Virus record (IMG/VR): IMGVR_UViG_3300007517_000005
Span: 1-64,000 of that record
DNA: 64,000 bases
Origin: a virus
Direction: 5' to 3' (one strand)
The notes below the pieces were generated by a model. That model saw nothing but the letters and a program-made list of their open reading frames with translations. It was not told where the DNA came from and ran no database searches. The position numbers and the translations under genes are program-made. Below, one piece after another: positions 41,265 to 51,480 of the stretch (within the stretch, counting starts at the first letter, position 1; every line of letters begins with the position of its first letter).

Positions 41265-41609
41265 TTAACGACTCTGTGCCTTACTAATAATGGGGGCTAG
41301 GTAATCCTCTAACATCTTATACGGTAATGTGTTTAATGATGCCTTTACTGTAGCAGGGTGTACTACCCTCCTTATTAAAGATAAACCTACACCGTCTGGA
41401 TCGTAATGTACTAGCACTAGCTCCACCTGCCTTATGTGCGGTGGTACTGTGAATGAGTTAAATACTAATCCCTCTCTAGCTGGTACTACCTCTGAATGTA
41501 ATACTGTATCCCCCGCTAGTACACAGTATGATAACTGGTGCCCCTCTAGTAAGTGGGGCGGCTCTTTATTAGCGACCGCCCCACACACTGCACATGCTTG
41601 TACTACCAT
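41265..41609 (-). CDS. Hypothetical protein
   Basis: Part of a coupled minus-strand run. Confidence 0.55.
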   Translation of the reverse strand: MVVQACAVCGAVANKEPPHLLEGHQLSYCVLAGDTVLHSEVVPAREGLVFNSFTVPPHIRQVELVLVHYDPDGVGLSLIRRVVHPATVKASLNTLPYKMLEDYLAPIISKAQSR

Positions 41610-41875
41610 TGCACTACCCCCCCTTCCTTGCCCATGTAGTGTATAGAGAAACTATATATCTCCATACTCATACATAACATCGTGATGGCGCATGCCGCAT
41701 CCTGTACATCCACTACATCATCGTAATAGATACCTAGTAAGTACCTATCATCACATTCCTCCATGATTGATATATCTACTGTGGATATATCTTCTAGTAA
41801 GGCCTCTATTACACCCGGTAAGTACCCTGTATCATCTAAGTCCCTTACCTCTAAACTAGCCTGCTGCTTCAACAT
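41603..41875 (-). CDS. Hypothetical acidic protein
   Basis: ORF with AGGAG RBS. Confidence 0.6.
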   Translation of the reverse strand: MLKQQASLEVRDLDDTGYLPGVIEALLEDISTVDISIMEECDDRYLLGIYYDDVVDVQDAACAITMLCMSMEIYSFSIHYMGKEGGVVQW

Positions 41876-41893
41876 CTACTACTCCTATACCTA

Positions 41894-42142
41894 TCACGCT
41901 TCACCTACTCTACTCAATAATTGACCTAGTACATAGTACAGTACCTTGTACTCCCTCAACATCCCTCTATCTATACCACGACCCCACCTACTTACTAATC
42001 TCTCCCTTGTACTACGCACATGTTCCTCCTTCTCTAGGGTGTACATTCCTACTGAGTACTGCCCCGCCCTTAATAGACTTAGCCCCTCCTGTCGCTGTAC
42101 TAACTCTACTAACTCAGTACCCCTGCGTGGTATTACACCCAT
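41894..42142 (-). CDS. Hypothetical protein
   Basis: Overlaps upstream gene in operon. Confidence 0.55.
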   Translation of the reverse strand: MGVIPRRGTELVELVQRQEGLSLLRAGQYSVGMYTLEKEEHVRSTRERLVSRWGRGIDRGMLREYKVLYYVLGQLLSRVGEA

Positions 42143-42879
42143 CCCTTACCTCTCCCTACTAATCCCTTCATCATTACCTTCTCCCGCGTGGGGTCATTGG
42201 GGAAGTCAGTAGGTACGTCATAACCGGGGGGCGTGCCTATACCCGTAGCCTGTATTAGTACATCATCATCTTCATCCTTACCTCGGGGGCCGGGGCTATG
42301 ACTTACCTCTAGCACCACCTCCCCATATAACCGCACCTCTAAACTCTCCCCATACCCTAATGTGAATGTTAACTCCCGCTCCTGTACTACTTCCCTATCA
42401 GGGCCCCATGCTATTGCACTACCAGTACTCAACTTATGACTACTACCTATATCTACTAATGCGGGGGGTTTGGGTAACTCAATACCCCCCTTATCGTATA
42501 ACGTAGGTGGGTCTATCTCCTCTCGCGTAGGCCTATATAACTTATAGGTAGATGACACCTCTTTACTTCTCAACTCCGTGACCCTCACGTAATCTCTACT
42601 ACGTGCCCACCTCGTCAGTGGGTCATATGAACATAGGTTAATCATAGGGATTAATGTACGTACCCGGTACACCTCCCCTAAGTGTGGGACATTAATCTCA
42701 TCTACCTCTGAATCCTCTGCCTCATCTAATTGGGGGATTGAGTACTTCCTCATGAAGACCTTAGTGCCCTGCAGTAATTGCTGCCCCACCTCCCATAACC
42801 CTAGGCATGGATACTCCTTCTGGATACTCCCATGCTCTATATCACTCATGTCTGGTATCACGCCTGCTATGCCTTCCAT
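42133..42879 (-). CDS. Hypothetical protein
   Basis: 248-aa ORF directly after PAAR. Confidence 0.65.
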   Translation of the reverse strand: MEGIAGVIPDMSDIEHGSIQKEYPCLGLWEVGQQLLQGTKVFMRKYSIPQLDEAEDSEVDEINVPHLGEVYRVRTLIPMINLCSYDPLTRWARSRDYVRVTELRSKEVSSTYKLYRPTREEIDPPTLYDKGGIELPKPPALVDIGSSHKLSTGSAIAWGPDREVVQERELTFTLGYGESLEVRLYGEVVLEVSHSPGPRGKDEDDDVLIQATGIGTPPGYDVPTDFPNDPTREKVMMKGLVGRGKGWV

Positions 42880-42881
42880 TA

Positions 42882-43139
42882 CTACTCCATTAAGTACTCC
42901 ATACTCGCTGTCACTATATTCCCGCCACAGCCTGTCTTATCCCCTAACCTAGCTATAGGCCGCCCATCTAACATATGTACTGGGGAACCTGATACTATCG
43001 GCCCGCATGTCGTCATATCCCCTATACGGGCTATAGGACGGCCATCTAATAAGTGGTCTAGACTACCCGTTAATATGACCCCTACCTTCTTGCATAGATG
43101 GCATGTGACCTTATCACCTACACGCGCTACACCCCTCAA
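42882..43139 (-). CDS. PAAR-domain spike tip protein
   Basis: Three repeats (VARVGD, PIARIGD, PIARLGD) with Cys/His metal ligands. Confidence 0.92.
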   Translation of the reverse strand: MRGVARVGDKVTCHLCKKVGVILTGSLDHLLDGRPIARIGDMTTCGPIVSGSPVHMLDGRPIARLGDKTGCGGNIVTASMEYLME

Positions 43140-43597
43140 TACAGTACCGTTGGTGTCTCTACCAATGGCATAGGCTCGACCTCTGCAGGTACTTCTACTC
43201 CCGTATCCATAGCTCCCACTAACTTACCTTTCAAGTATCTCAGTGATAGATTCTGCCCTGGCATGGGCGTCACCTCAATCACTGTAGGTTGTACACTCAT
43301 CTTTGTATGGCCTACGCCTTCCTCTACCTTTGCCTTCAGTACATGGCCATTCTTCTTCTTACCACTGATGGAAGATGGTTCACAGTACAGGGTCAGTACC
43401 GGCATCGCTGACACATCCTTCTCCCCTATTAGATCTCTCGCCACACGCGGTGATAAGTACTTCATCACCTCAAACCTATCTATAGTACCTAGGGAGATAG
43501 TCACATCCTCACCCTCTACCACTACACCCAATGCCTTACCTAGTAACACATTACCCCTGTACATCGTGATGCCCATTGTCGTCGATCTCTTAATCAT
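43136..43597 (-). CDS. Hypothetical protein
   Basis: Coupled to PAAR. Confidence 0.6.
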   Translation of the reverse strand: MIKRSTTMGITMYRGNVLLGKALGVVVEGEDVTISLGTIDRFEVMKYLSPRVARDLIGEKDVSAMPVLTLYCEPSSISGKKKNGHVLKAKVEEGVGHTKMSVQPTVIEVTPMPGQNLSLRYLKGKLVGAMDTGVEVPAEVEPMPLVETPTVLY

Positions 43598-43699
43598 CTA
43601 ATTACCCCTATACACTTGCTTCCATTAGTATAGCCCTTATATAGCTATCTTGTTATCATCACAGCATTCAACCCATAACCACATAAGAAGTAGGCACAC

Positions 43700-44948
43700 A
43701 TGAAAAGAGCACTCGTTGAGAGACATACTGTACTCCTCGCTACAGTCGGCAGTATCGCATATGGTCTGACATTATCTACCTCCGATAAGGATATCAAAGG
43801 CATCTGCATCGCACCCGCTGAATATTACTACGGTCTCAAACAGTTCGAGCAGAAGGATAAAGGCTGGGATGATACAACAGATCTCTCAAGTGGTCTATTC
43901 CCAGTCCTTGATGGTATTAAAGACTGCACTATATATGAGCTCAAGAAGTTCCTCCGCCTGGCCATGAATAATAACCCCATAGTACTGGAGATGTTATGGC
44001 TCAACGATTATGAGTACTTATCTACAATAGGGCGTGCACTTGTTCGTAGTAGACATCTATTCCTATCCAAGAAGGTCAAGCATACCTTCCCAAGGGTCGT
44101 AGCCTACGGCACCTACATAGGCTACGCATACGCACAACTGAAGAAAGTATCTACACATAAGTCATGGTTACTCAACCCCCCTACTGCTAAGCCTCAAGCT
44201 AATGACTATGGCTTAGATGATGCACACCTCCCTGTCGGGAGTGCTAACGACCTCCCTGTCGGGAGTGCTAGCAACGCTGTGAGCGTAGCGACTAACGACC
44301 TCCCCTTAACTAAGAGTCAGATGGGCTCATTCCTAGAGTACATACTAGTGCTCACTAAAGATAGTATTGAATTCATGGAACCCGTGGCTGAACTCAAGAA
44401 GCTACTACTCGAAGATATAGACCTTACCGCTATCGTTAAACAGAGACCACTAACTACTGATGTTATACCCTATGTGCAGGCATTGACACGTGGTAGTACA
44501 AACTTCATGCAATTACTACAAGCTAGTCAGGCTTATAGGAAGGCTATCTCTGAGTGGGATAACTACCAACAATGGAAGACTAATAGGAACCCAAAGAGGG
44601 CCGCACTTGAAGCACATTGTGGGTTTGACTCTAAACATGCTGTGCATAGTGCCGCATGGCTGCGACTGCCAAGGAGTGTACGTCTATTACGTCAAGGTCT
44701 TGAGGTGTTACTACATGGTACCCTCACTGTTGATAGGCGTGGTTGATAGGCGTGACGCGGGTGATGCACCGCAGTTACTCGCTATACGTAATGGTGAGTA
44801 TACCTATGAGCAAGTCATTGAGATAACTGATGCCCTATTCCTAGAAGTAGATGAGGCTTATAAACTATCCACTCTACCTCATGGGGTGCATCAGGAACAT
44901 ATAGATATACTGTGCACACAGTGGGTGCGAGATAGTCTGAGTAATTAA
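43700..44948 (+). pseudogene. DNA pol beta-superfamily nucleotidyltransferase (RlaP/Nuc-transf-like), frameshifted near the 3' end by a 13-bp tandem duplication
   Basis: GSIAYGL...SDKDIKG, NNPIVLE, KHAVH..RLL, LLAIRNGEY; gttgataggcgtg x2 at 44729-44754. Confidence 0.85.
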
Positions 44949-45282
44949 CACTACGTTTGACCTACCTTTCTGATGTAGAGCACATACCATTACATAATAG
45001 ATACAATGTCACATTGGCCGCAGACCCTAATATTGATTACGTTATGTGGAATGAGTGAGGCCCTGTAGAACATACATGCGGTGTCCCTATACAGATTAGA
45101 GTAGTAGGAGATGACGCACCTGTATTATTAACTGCCTCCACTCATCGTTAAACCCAGTACATCATAGATGTCCAGCATCTTTGATGCAGTAGCTATTAAA
45201 GCATTAGCATACACTATCCATAGTTGTGGTAGTGATTCTGTACCACCACACCTCATTGAAGAGTTTAGAGGGGTGGTACATA

Positions 45283-45768
45283 TTACAATCCCTGACCCGT
45301 CGGTTTTATGATAGCTGCCCCATTAACAGAGGCTAGTAATATAACCGTATCGGGTGCTGCATTGGGGTGTATTATAGTTGTACTAATCCCCCTACCAGCA
45401 GCCACATTACCCGCCTTAGTCAATGTCTCGCACACACTCACACCATCTATCATGGGCGTTATTAACCACCTACCATACTTATCCTTACCGTGTAATAAGA
45501 ACTTGATCTCTGTATCTATAGGGAGGGCCGCACTTAATCTACCCCTAGCCTCTACGCCAGCTACTGTCCCCATCTCCGCTGCATAGAACTTCCATAGTCT
45601 GCACCTTACCTTCTTCAAGGTTAGCATCCCATCCCCCTGAATGTAGTAATCAGGTGGTAAGATAGATATACAGGGCATCACTATGGGCGTTAGGTTTATA
45701 TCTAAGATTAATGTATCCCCGTCCACTATGCGCTTGACTATCCCTGCGTGAGCTACTATCTGTTTCAT
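45283..45768 (-). CDS. Thermonuclease (SNase-like)
   Basis: RIVDGDTL, RCRL...AAE, DKYGRWL. Confidence 0.85.
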   Translation of the reverse strand: MKQIVAHAGIVKRIVDGDTLILDINLTPIVMPCISILPPDYYIQGDGMLTLKKVRCRLWKFYAAEMGTVAGVEARGRLSAALPIDTEIKFLLHGKDKYGRWLITPMIDGVSVCETLTKAGNVAAGRGISTTIIHPNAAPDTVILLASVNGAAIIKPTGQGL

Positions 45769-45787
45769 ACCCTATACCCTTAAGAAC

Positions 45788-47185
45788 ATGACTGATCTGA
45801 TGACTATGACCGCACTGGCCTCGGACTGTACCCCACAACAGTTGGCACTAGATTTCATTACCTATAAGGGTTCGCAGTGGGTGCCCATTACTCGTATATA
45901 CCGCAACACAAACTATTACTACAATAATCAGAAGTACCTATCACAACATGGGCAATCCCTTACCCTCACAGGTGTTGAACTACTAGAGTATAAGAACTTA
46001 TACCATGCACAGGTAGGGTATAAGTTGAAAGGGCCTCAACTTACTATCGTAGATACCGCTAAGGCAACAGCTTACTTACATCTACTCAATCTTAAATCAC
46101 ACACCCCTTTAGGGACCGTGAACGACACTTGTGGGCAATCGTGGTTACATGACACTGCTACAGTAACTGATATCACCTCTACCTTAGAGGCATTATTAGA
46201 ACAGCCAGTAGACTCGCTACGCTACCCAGCGTTGCTAGGCTGTCACAATACTATCCTTGCTGACTTGATGCGTATTACACAGGATAAGGGATTGCATTGG
46301 ACTCCCTATGTTAATGGCATATACTTACCTATGGTCGAGGCATCACTCGCTAAAGGTATGGAGAAAGATGATTACTCTTCCAATAGCTGGGGCCCTAAAT
46401 TACCTGGCACCTCTTACCTACTCAAAGGGGATTACTTACGTACCTTCAAAGATAACTACATTCGTGAGCATGGGTCGTGGCCTTACCCGCGTACCCGCTC
46501 CCTCTGTATAGGGGATTGGGAGCATGCCTATGGTTACTTAGTGCAAGGGAAGAGTACCACTGCTAATGCCTTCCAATCAATGGGCGCTAATAGCATACAG
46601 CAAATAGTTACTATAGCCCCACCCTGTCCTGAGACGTGGGCCTCTGAAGAGACATTGGTGGATCGTGTGTTTAAGTTGATGGAACTATCCCCCATCAGTA
46701 TGCAGCGTGAGGCTTGCTTCAGTAACTCACTCGCTAATACACCCACTACTAGACGTGTAGATGCCATTGAACATGTGCACTCCCCTGATGGTATTAATCG
46801 TGTACATGTATATGAGTTCAAGAAGACTAGGATTACAGGGGCCGATGTCTACGATACCGTAGCTGGTAAAGGGTACCTACATCTAGTAAAGGAACAGTAC
46901 CCTACCTCTAAAGTGTGCCTATTCATGGTCGGTAATGCTATCGATCCCATGGCACAGCGATTACTTGAGTGCATGTCAGGTGTTGTCTACTTACCACTGA
47001 GTACACTACTCAATCGTATACTCGCCTCCATCATTAACTCCTGGCCGCAGGAAGGGCATTACCAATTACGTAAGCACTACCTCAGTCAGTTCAGTGACAT
47101 ACTCCCGCAGGAGATGCTATCCGGCCCAGTGCAACACCCACAGATAATAGCTACGTACATTAAACCTCGTACCATAACAACATGA
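45788..47185 (+). CDS. Protein with C-terminal PD-(D/E)xK nuclease-like domain
   Basis: RRVDAIE...VYEFKK; N-terminal duplicated DNA-binding-like segments. Confidence 0.55.
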   Translation: MTDLMTMTALASDCTPQQLALDFITYKGSQWVPITRIYRNTNYYYNNQKYLSQHGQSLTLTGVELLEYKNLYHAQVGYKLKGPQLTIVDTAKATAYLHLLNLKSHTPLGTVNDTCGQSWLHDTATVTDITSTLEALLEQPVDSLRYPALLGCHNTILADLMRITQDKGLHWTPYVNGIYLPMVEASLAKGMEKDDYSSNSWGPKLPGTSYLLKGDYLRTFKDNYIREHGSWPYPRTRSLCIGDWEHAYGYLVQGKSTTANAFQSMGANSIQQIVTIAPPCPETWASEETLVDRVFKLMELSPISMQREACFSNSLANTPTTRRVDAIEHVHSPDGINRVHVYEFKKTRITGADVYDTVAGKGYLHLVKEQYPTSKVCLFMVGNAIDPMAQRLLECMSGVVYLPLSTLLNRILASIINSWPQEGHYQLRKHYLSQFSDILPQEMLSGPVQHPQIIATYIKPRTITT

Positions 47186-47208
47186 CAGTTACACCTCACA
47201 ATAGAGAG

Positions 47209-47415
47209 ATGATCCTGAAACTATGGCTTGTACAGCGTACAGATGGCGTAGAAGAAGATGAAATAGATTCTATGGTCATCGCTTCTCCCACTAGTGAAGA
47301 TGCTATACGACTGTTCTACAAGGCCTGTGCACATAATATATGGTCCCGTCAAAGGGATCTACTCACTACCTGTATTGGTACGAGTAACGATGATAAGCCC
47401 TGTATAATACTCTAA
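47209..47415 (+). CDS. Small hypothetical protein (KLWLVxRTD family)
   Basis: Paralogous to the N-terminus of 55225..55746. Confidence 0.55.
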   Translation: MILKLWLVQRTDGVEEDEIDSMVIASPTSEDAIRLFYKACAHNIWSRQRDLLTTCIGTSNDDKPCIIL

Positions 47416-47418
47416 GGT

Positions 47419-48150
47419 ATGACAGATATGCAACATTGGCAGAAGGAACATCCACTATACGCATTGAGCGTACGTAACCCTAAACCTAATAGGAAGTTAC
47501 TATATGAAGGGGAAGACTTTGTAGTTAGATGGTCTAAGTATTATATAAAGACGTATGCACGCTGGGATGATGAATTACGTAATGGTAGTAATACCTTTCA
47601 TGTTCACACTGATGTCTATCATGCTAATTCTGATGATAAATCAGAATGTGTATTCCTATCTGATGTACCTGAGCAAGTGGCACGTATACCTCAACATGTA
47701 CGTGCCCTTCAGAAGTGGAATGGGTGCCATTCTATAGGCCCCTGGTACTACTTAGAGAATACCGTGTATCTAGCTGGTAATAGAGACTATAATGGATTAC
47801 TTGAAGGGGAAGTTAGACAGTTACGTAATGGGAAGACTGGTCAGCTAGTATGGCAACTCTCAGTCCTAGATGATAAGGGCAATGAGGTACCACGTCATAC
47901 CCTCCAATCTATTAACCCAGAAGGTGATACCTGCCCGACTACTGAATATAAACTAGTGTGGCGGCCATGGAATCAGATAGGTAAAGGTAAAGAGAGACAG
48001 TTAAATGCTGCTAGAGAGGTCGCTATATGGCCTGATGCTACTGATGAACAATTGATGTCTGATGACCTGAGACAATTGCTGATTGATAGACACCCTGCCC
48101 TAATACAAGAGTTCCATGGTGTGATAGTGGGGCTGGGGTTCACTTGGTAA
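47419..48150 (+). CDS. Hypothetical phage protein
   Basis: 243-aa ORF. Confidence 0.7.
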   Translation: MTDMQHWQKEHPLYALSVRNPKPNRKLLYEGEDFVVRWSKYYIKTYARWDDELRNGSNTFHVHTDVYHANSDDKSECVFLSDVPEQVARIPQHVRALQKWNGCHSIGPWYYLENTVYLAGNRDYNGLLEGEVRQLRNGKTGQLVWQLSVLDDKGNEVPRHTLQSINPEGDTCPTTEYKLVWRPWNQIGKGKERQLNAAREVAIWPDATDEQLMSDDLRQLLIDRHPALIQEFHGVIVGLGFTW

Positions 48151-48195
48151 TATTACACGATACTAATTAGGGGCACTGCACCCTAGGAGAAAGCT

Positions 48196-50235
48196 ATGAC
48201 TACATATGACTTCAAAGCCTTTGCTACCGCTATCAATGATCACTTCAAGTTGATGGCTAACTATAACCTATATACCACTACTGCTTCTAAAGATGATCTA
48301 TACGACGCATACCTACAAGCATACCCTGATGGTACTAACCCTATATACGTGAATCGTACAGAGTATGATTGCTCTACCTGTAAGGAATTCATACGTAACA
48401 TTGGGGGTGCGGTTGCTATCGTAGATGGGGCAATAGTACCTGTGTGGGATGTGCCGGGGCTTGAGTACCCATACAATGTGGTTGCTGAGACTATGTCCGC
48501 TTACGTTACATCACACCCTATTAGCTCTGTCTTCTGCCTTAAAGAACTATCCTATGGTGCACCACATAGTAAACAGTTATTACAGGGTGGGGATATACGC
48601 ACCTGGTACCACTTCTATGCGCGTGTAGATGCTAAGTACCATTCCAATACCCCGGCACAAGTTATAGGGGACTCTATTACTGCTATGCAAGTCCTACGTA
48701 GAGGATTGAGTGAGTTAACCCTGGACTCTATCACTACTGTACTAGAACTCATAGATACTAACTCTATCTATAGAGGGGCTGAACATAGGGCCGCTCTCGT
48801 AGCCTTTAAGACACTTAAGGAGTCGTATGACACTACACCCGCAGAACAACAGGAACTACTGCTATGGCTTAATGTGACACACCATAATGCACGGTTCCGT
48901 AATACTGTCATCGGTACATTAGTACAAGACCTATCAGATGGTGTGGAACTAGAGAAGGCAGTACACTCCTTCGAGACTAAGGTTGCACCTACTAACTATA
49001 AGAGGACTAAGTCCCTTATTACACCCGGTATGCGCGATGGTGCCCTGAAGACCGTGCGGGAGTTGGGGCTTGAACCCTCCCTCAGTCGTAGACATGCACG
49101 TGTATCTGATGTCTCCATTAATGATGTCCTGTGGGTTGATAATGCAGTACGGGGGCTTATGAAGGAAGGCGGTATAGCTGCACTACTGCAGACACAAGTT
49201 AAGGTTAAACCCCCTAACTTAGATAGTGCTACCCCTATCAGTATTGAAGACTTCATGTCCTCTGTACTCCCACAGACTACTACGCTGCAGGTATTACTGG
49301 AGAGTAGATTACTAGGTAACCTAATGAGCCTCACTGCACCTTGTGATGTGAGCTCCCCGCGTATCTTTAAGTGGGGTAATAACTTCGGGTGGTCATACCG
49401 TGATAATGTGGCCGATAGTATTATCAAGCAGAGAGTTAAAGGGGCGGGGGGTAATGTTACCGCCCCCTTTAGGGTTAGCCTCGCATGGTTTAACTATGAT
49501 GACCTAGACATATACGTTTATGTACCTGGGGGCGGGTGGCCTATATGCTTCATGAATAGGACTGTGGGCACAGGTACATTGGATGTAGATGCAAATGCAG
49601 GTCGTCGTCGCAGTAGAACACCCGTCGAGAATGTATGTTGGACCGCTCCGATAAATGGCACCTATCAGGTACACGTTAAGAACTTCAGTAAGAGAGAGTC
49701 TATTGATGTAGGCTTTACCTTAGAAGTAGAATCCATGGGGATTATCTCTACATACCATTACGACCGCCCTGTAGGTGATCGCTGTATTGTACATTGCCTA
49801 ACCATTACCGTCAGGGGTGGACAGGTAACTGATATCACAGCCGCCCCCAATGTAGAAGGTAATTCATCTTCCACGACTGAGTGGGGCCTCATGACACAGA
49901 CACTCGTGAAGGTAGATACCGTAATCCTCAGCCCTAATTACTGGGGGGATAATCATAGTGGTAATAAGCACTGGTTCTTTATCCTACATGAGTGCCTCAA
50001 CCCTGAGCCTACTAGGGGTATCTATAATGAGTTCCTGCGCCATGAACTAGAATCACATAAAAAGGTGTTTGAGGTGCTCGGTGATCTTACTAAAGTACCG
50101 CCTGTGCCTGAACAACTATCAGGCCTAGGGTTTTCGTCTACACGTAACGATAAGCTTAAAGTCATAGCTACTGGCATCAAAGCTAACAGCGCCGTGAGCA
50201 TATCGACTAAAGCCTATGAGATTAACTTCTCGTAA
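48196..50235 (+). CDS. Phage protein with C-terminal YfaP/DUF2135-like domain
   Basis: SLAWFNYDDLDIYV...LDVDANAG...PVEN; strong AGGAG RBS. Confidence 0.75.
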   Translation: MTTYDFKAFATAINDHFKLMANYNLYTTTASKDDLYDAYLQAYPDGTNPIYVNRTEYDCSTCKEFIRNIGGAVAIVDGAIVPVWDVPGLEYPYNVVAETMSAYVTSHPISSVFCLKELSYGAPHSKQLLQGGDIRTWYHFYARVDAKYHSNTPAQVIGDSITAMQVLRRGLSELTLDSITTVLELIDTNSIYRGAEHRAALVAFKTLKESYDTTPAEQQELLLWLNVTHHNARFRNTVIGTLVQDLSDGVELEKAVHSFETKVAPTNYKRTKSLITPGMRDGALKTVRELGLEPSLSRRHARVSDVSINDVLWVDNAVRGLMKEGGIAALLQTQVKVKPPNLDSATPISIEDFMSSVLPQTTTLQVLLESRLLGNLMSLTAPCDVSSPRIFKWGNNFGWSYRDNVADSIIKQRVKGAGGNVTAPFRVSLAWFNYDDLDIYVYVPGGGWPICFMNRTVGTGTLDVDANAGRRRSRTPVENVCWTAPINGTYQVHVKNFSKRESIDVGFTLEVESMGIISTYHYDRPVGDRCIVHCLTITVRGGQVTDITAAPNVEGNSSSTTEWGLMTQTLVKVDTVILSPNYWGDNHSGNKHWFFILHECLNPEPTRGIYNEFLRHELESHKKVFEVLGDLTKVPPVPEQLSGLGFSSTRNDKLKVIATGIKANSAVSISTKAYEINFS

Positions 50236-50295
50236 GATTATACGTGGGGTATGTCTATCCCCACTACCACACACATAGCTATGGAGACACACAAT

Positions 50296-50590
50296 GTCAG
50301 GAACTCAAGGCGAAAGCCACTGAGCTTGTAAGACGCAAGTTGAAGCAAGCTATTCTGACCAGCCTAAGTCGTTACGCTCTTAGCGTTGCTAAGTCTTAAC
50401 TGACTACGTTATTTGAGTCACGACACCCTGGGATCTTGCTAGTCCTCTGCCCTGTCGCTAGTGGTTAAACAGTTCTAAAGTCACTGGAACAGTGCTACTA
50501 GCCTAGCTACGCTCCCAGCGTAGCGACCTAACAAACTCTTATAACATTGGCGAAGCAAACATTACCTAAGAAATTAGAGGCCCCACAAGG
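50296..50590 (+). ncRNA. HEARO / IscB omegaRNA scaffold (interrupted by two 25-nt micro-elements)
   Basis: Conserved HEARO-like sequence blocks once the inserts at 50367-50391 and 50506-50530 are removed. Confidence 0.75.
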
Positions 50591-50806
50591 GCAACCGTTA
50601 TGCGTACAGGGTTGTGAGATTTGAGATGGTAATTGTCCCATCGAAAGTGCCGTAGGCTACGACCCTTGGGGAGTACACTACAAAAGTACACCTAGTCAAA
50701 CAGCCCCAAGGCGGTAATGGATAGATTCACGGTGGTTCAAACCACCCGCGTTGTTTCCCTCTCAGGGCTAAGGCCACTGAGTTTCCCACTTACCGAGGTT
50801 TTCTAT
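50296..50806 (+). mobile_element. Non-autonomous IS200/IS605-family IscB element (HEARO/omegaRNA retained, iscB deleted)
   Basis: 5' GTCAGGAAC hairpin end; GACCAGCCTAAGTC..GACTACGTT..GACACC..GTTAAACA..AACATTGGCGAAG..ACATTAC; 3' hairpin; inserted within ATGA. Confidence 0.8.
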
Positions 50807-51236
50807 GACCACTACAGATATCAATGACATCTTCTTCTACGCCGCTGTTCATAAGTTACGTTACCCCTCCTGCACGGGTATGCTCACTACTGAGCAATTG
50901 CTAGACTTACCCCTTGTGTATAGTGGGTCGGGTGCACCACGCCCTAACTTAGATGATACCGCTAAGGCTATCAATATCGAACTCCGTGGCTATGCTGAAG
51001 AGTCCTTCGTGCGTAAGGGTGTCAATCGACAGGAAGCAGAACTGAGAGCAGCCCTTGAGATAGTTAAGTACATCATCGCTTACAAGCAGGATGAGGATAA
51101 GAAGAAGGCTGATAAGGTAAGTAAGGCTTCTAAGAGAGCTACATTATTGGAGGCCTTTGAAGCTAAACAGAAGGCTGAGTTAGGCGCTATGTCAACAGAG
51201 GATTTACTTAAGCAGTTGGCTGCCTTGGAGGATTAA
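50805..51236 (+). CDS. Phage coiled-coil protein
   Basis: KLRYPS..G.LTTEQL.DLPL...LD..AK; EESFV. Confidence 0.75.
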   Translation: MTTTDINDIFFYAAVHKLRYPSCTGMLTTEQLLDLPLVYSGSGAPRPNLDDTAKAINIELRGYAEESFVRKGVNRQEAELRAALEIVKYIIAYKQDEDKKKADKVSKASKRATLLEAFEAKQKAELGAMSTEDLLKQLAALED

Positions 51237-51366
51237 TGAAGTTCTATTACTGCGTAAGGTAGAACAAGAAGATTACTGTATCAGAGATGCTGGACATCTC
51301 TGATGTACTGGCTTAGCAGTCTCACGTTACCCTCAATAATGAGACATATGCTGGTGGCACATCGAA

Positions 51367-51480
51367 CGCTTGGTATTTAAGCCTGACCACAAGCTAGTCC
51401 CTCAAACTGAGGACGGTGGAATTGATTGGGGTCGAGTGGCACGAGTTAGTATTTTCTGGATAGGAGATTATCATGACTGA
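51367..51480 (+). pseudogene. higB: C-terminal remnant of a HigB-type toxin
   Basis: RLVFKPDHKLVPQTEDGGIDWGRVARVSIFWIGDYHD*, overlapping the higA start; no in-frame start codon. Confidence 0.7.

Larger units (their letters stand above)
14415..51310. repeat. Micro-element family D (27-nt hairpin CATCAGAGATG-CTGGA-CATCTCTGATG flanked by CAGTA direct repeats); coordinates span first to last copy
   Basis: Copies at 14420-14446, 45160-45186, 51279-51305. Confidence 0.85.

Noticed and set aside
44226-44301. Tandem 24-nt repeats as a mini CRISPR array
   Set aside because: No unique spacers; the units are dispersed in-frame elements; no cas genes in the window
44490-44948. 152-aa ORF as an independent gene
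   Set aside because: Only its last ~65 aa are real; they are the frameshifted C-terminus of the nucleotidyltransferase
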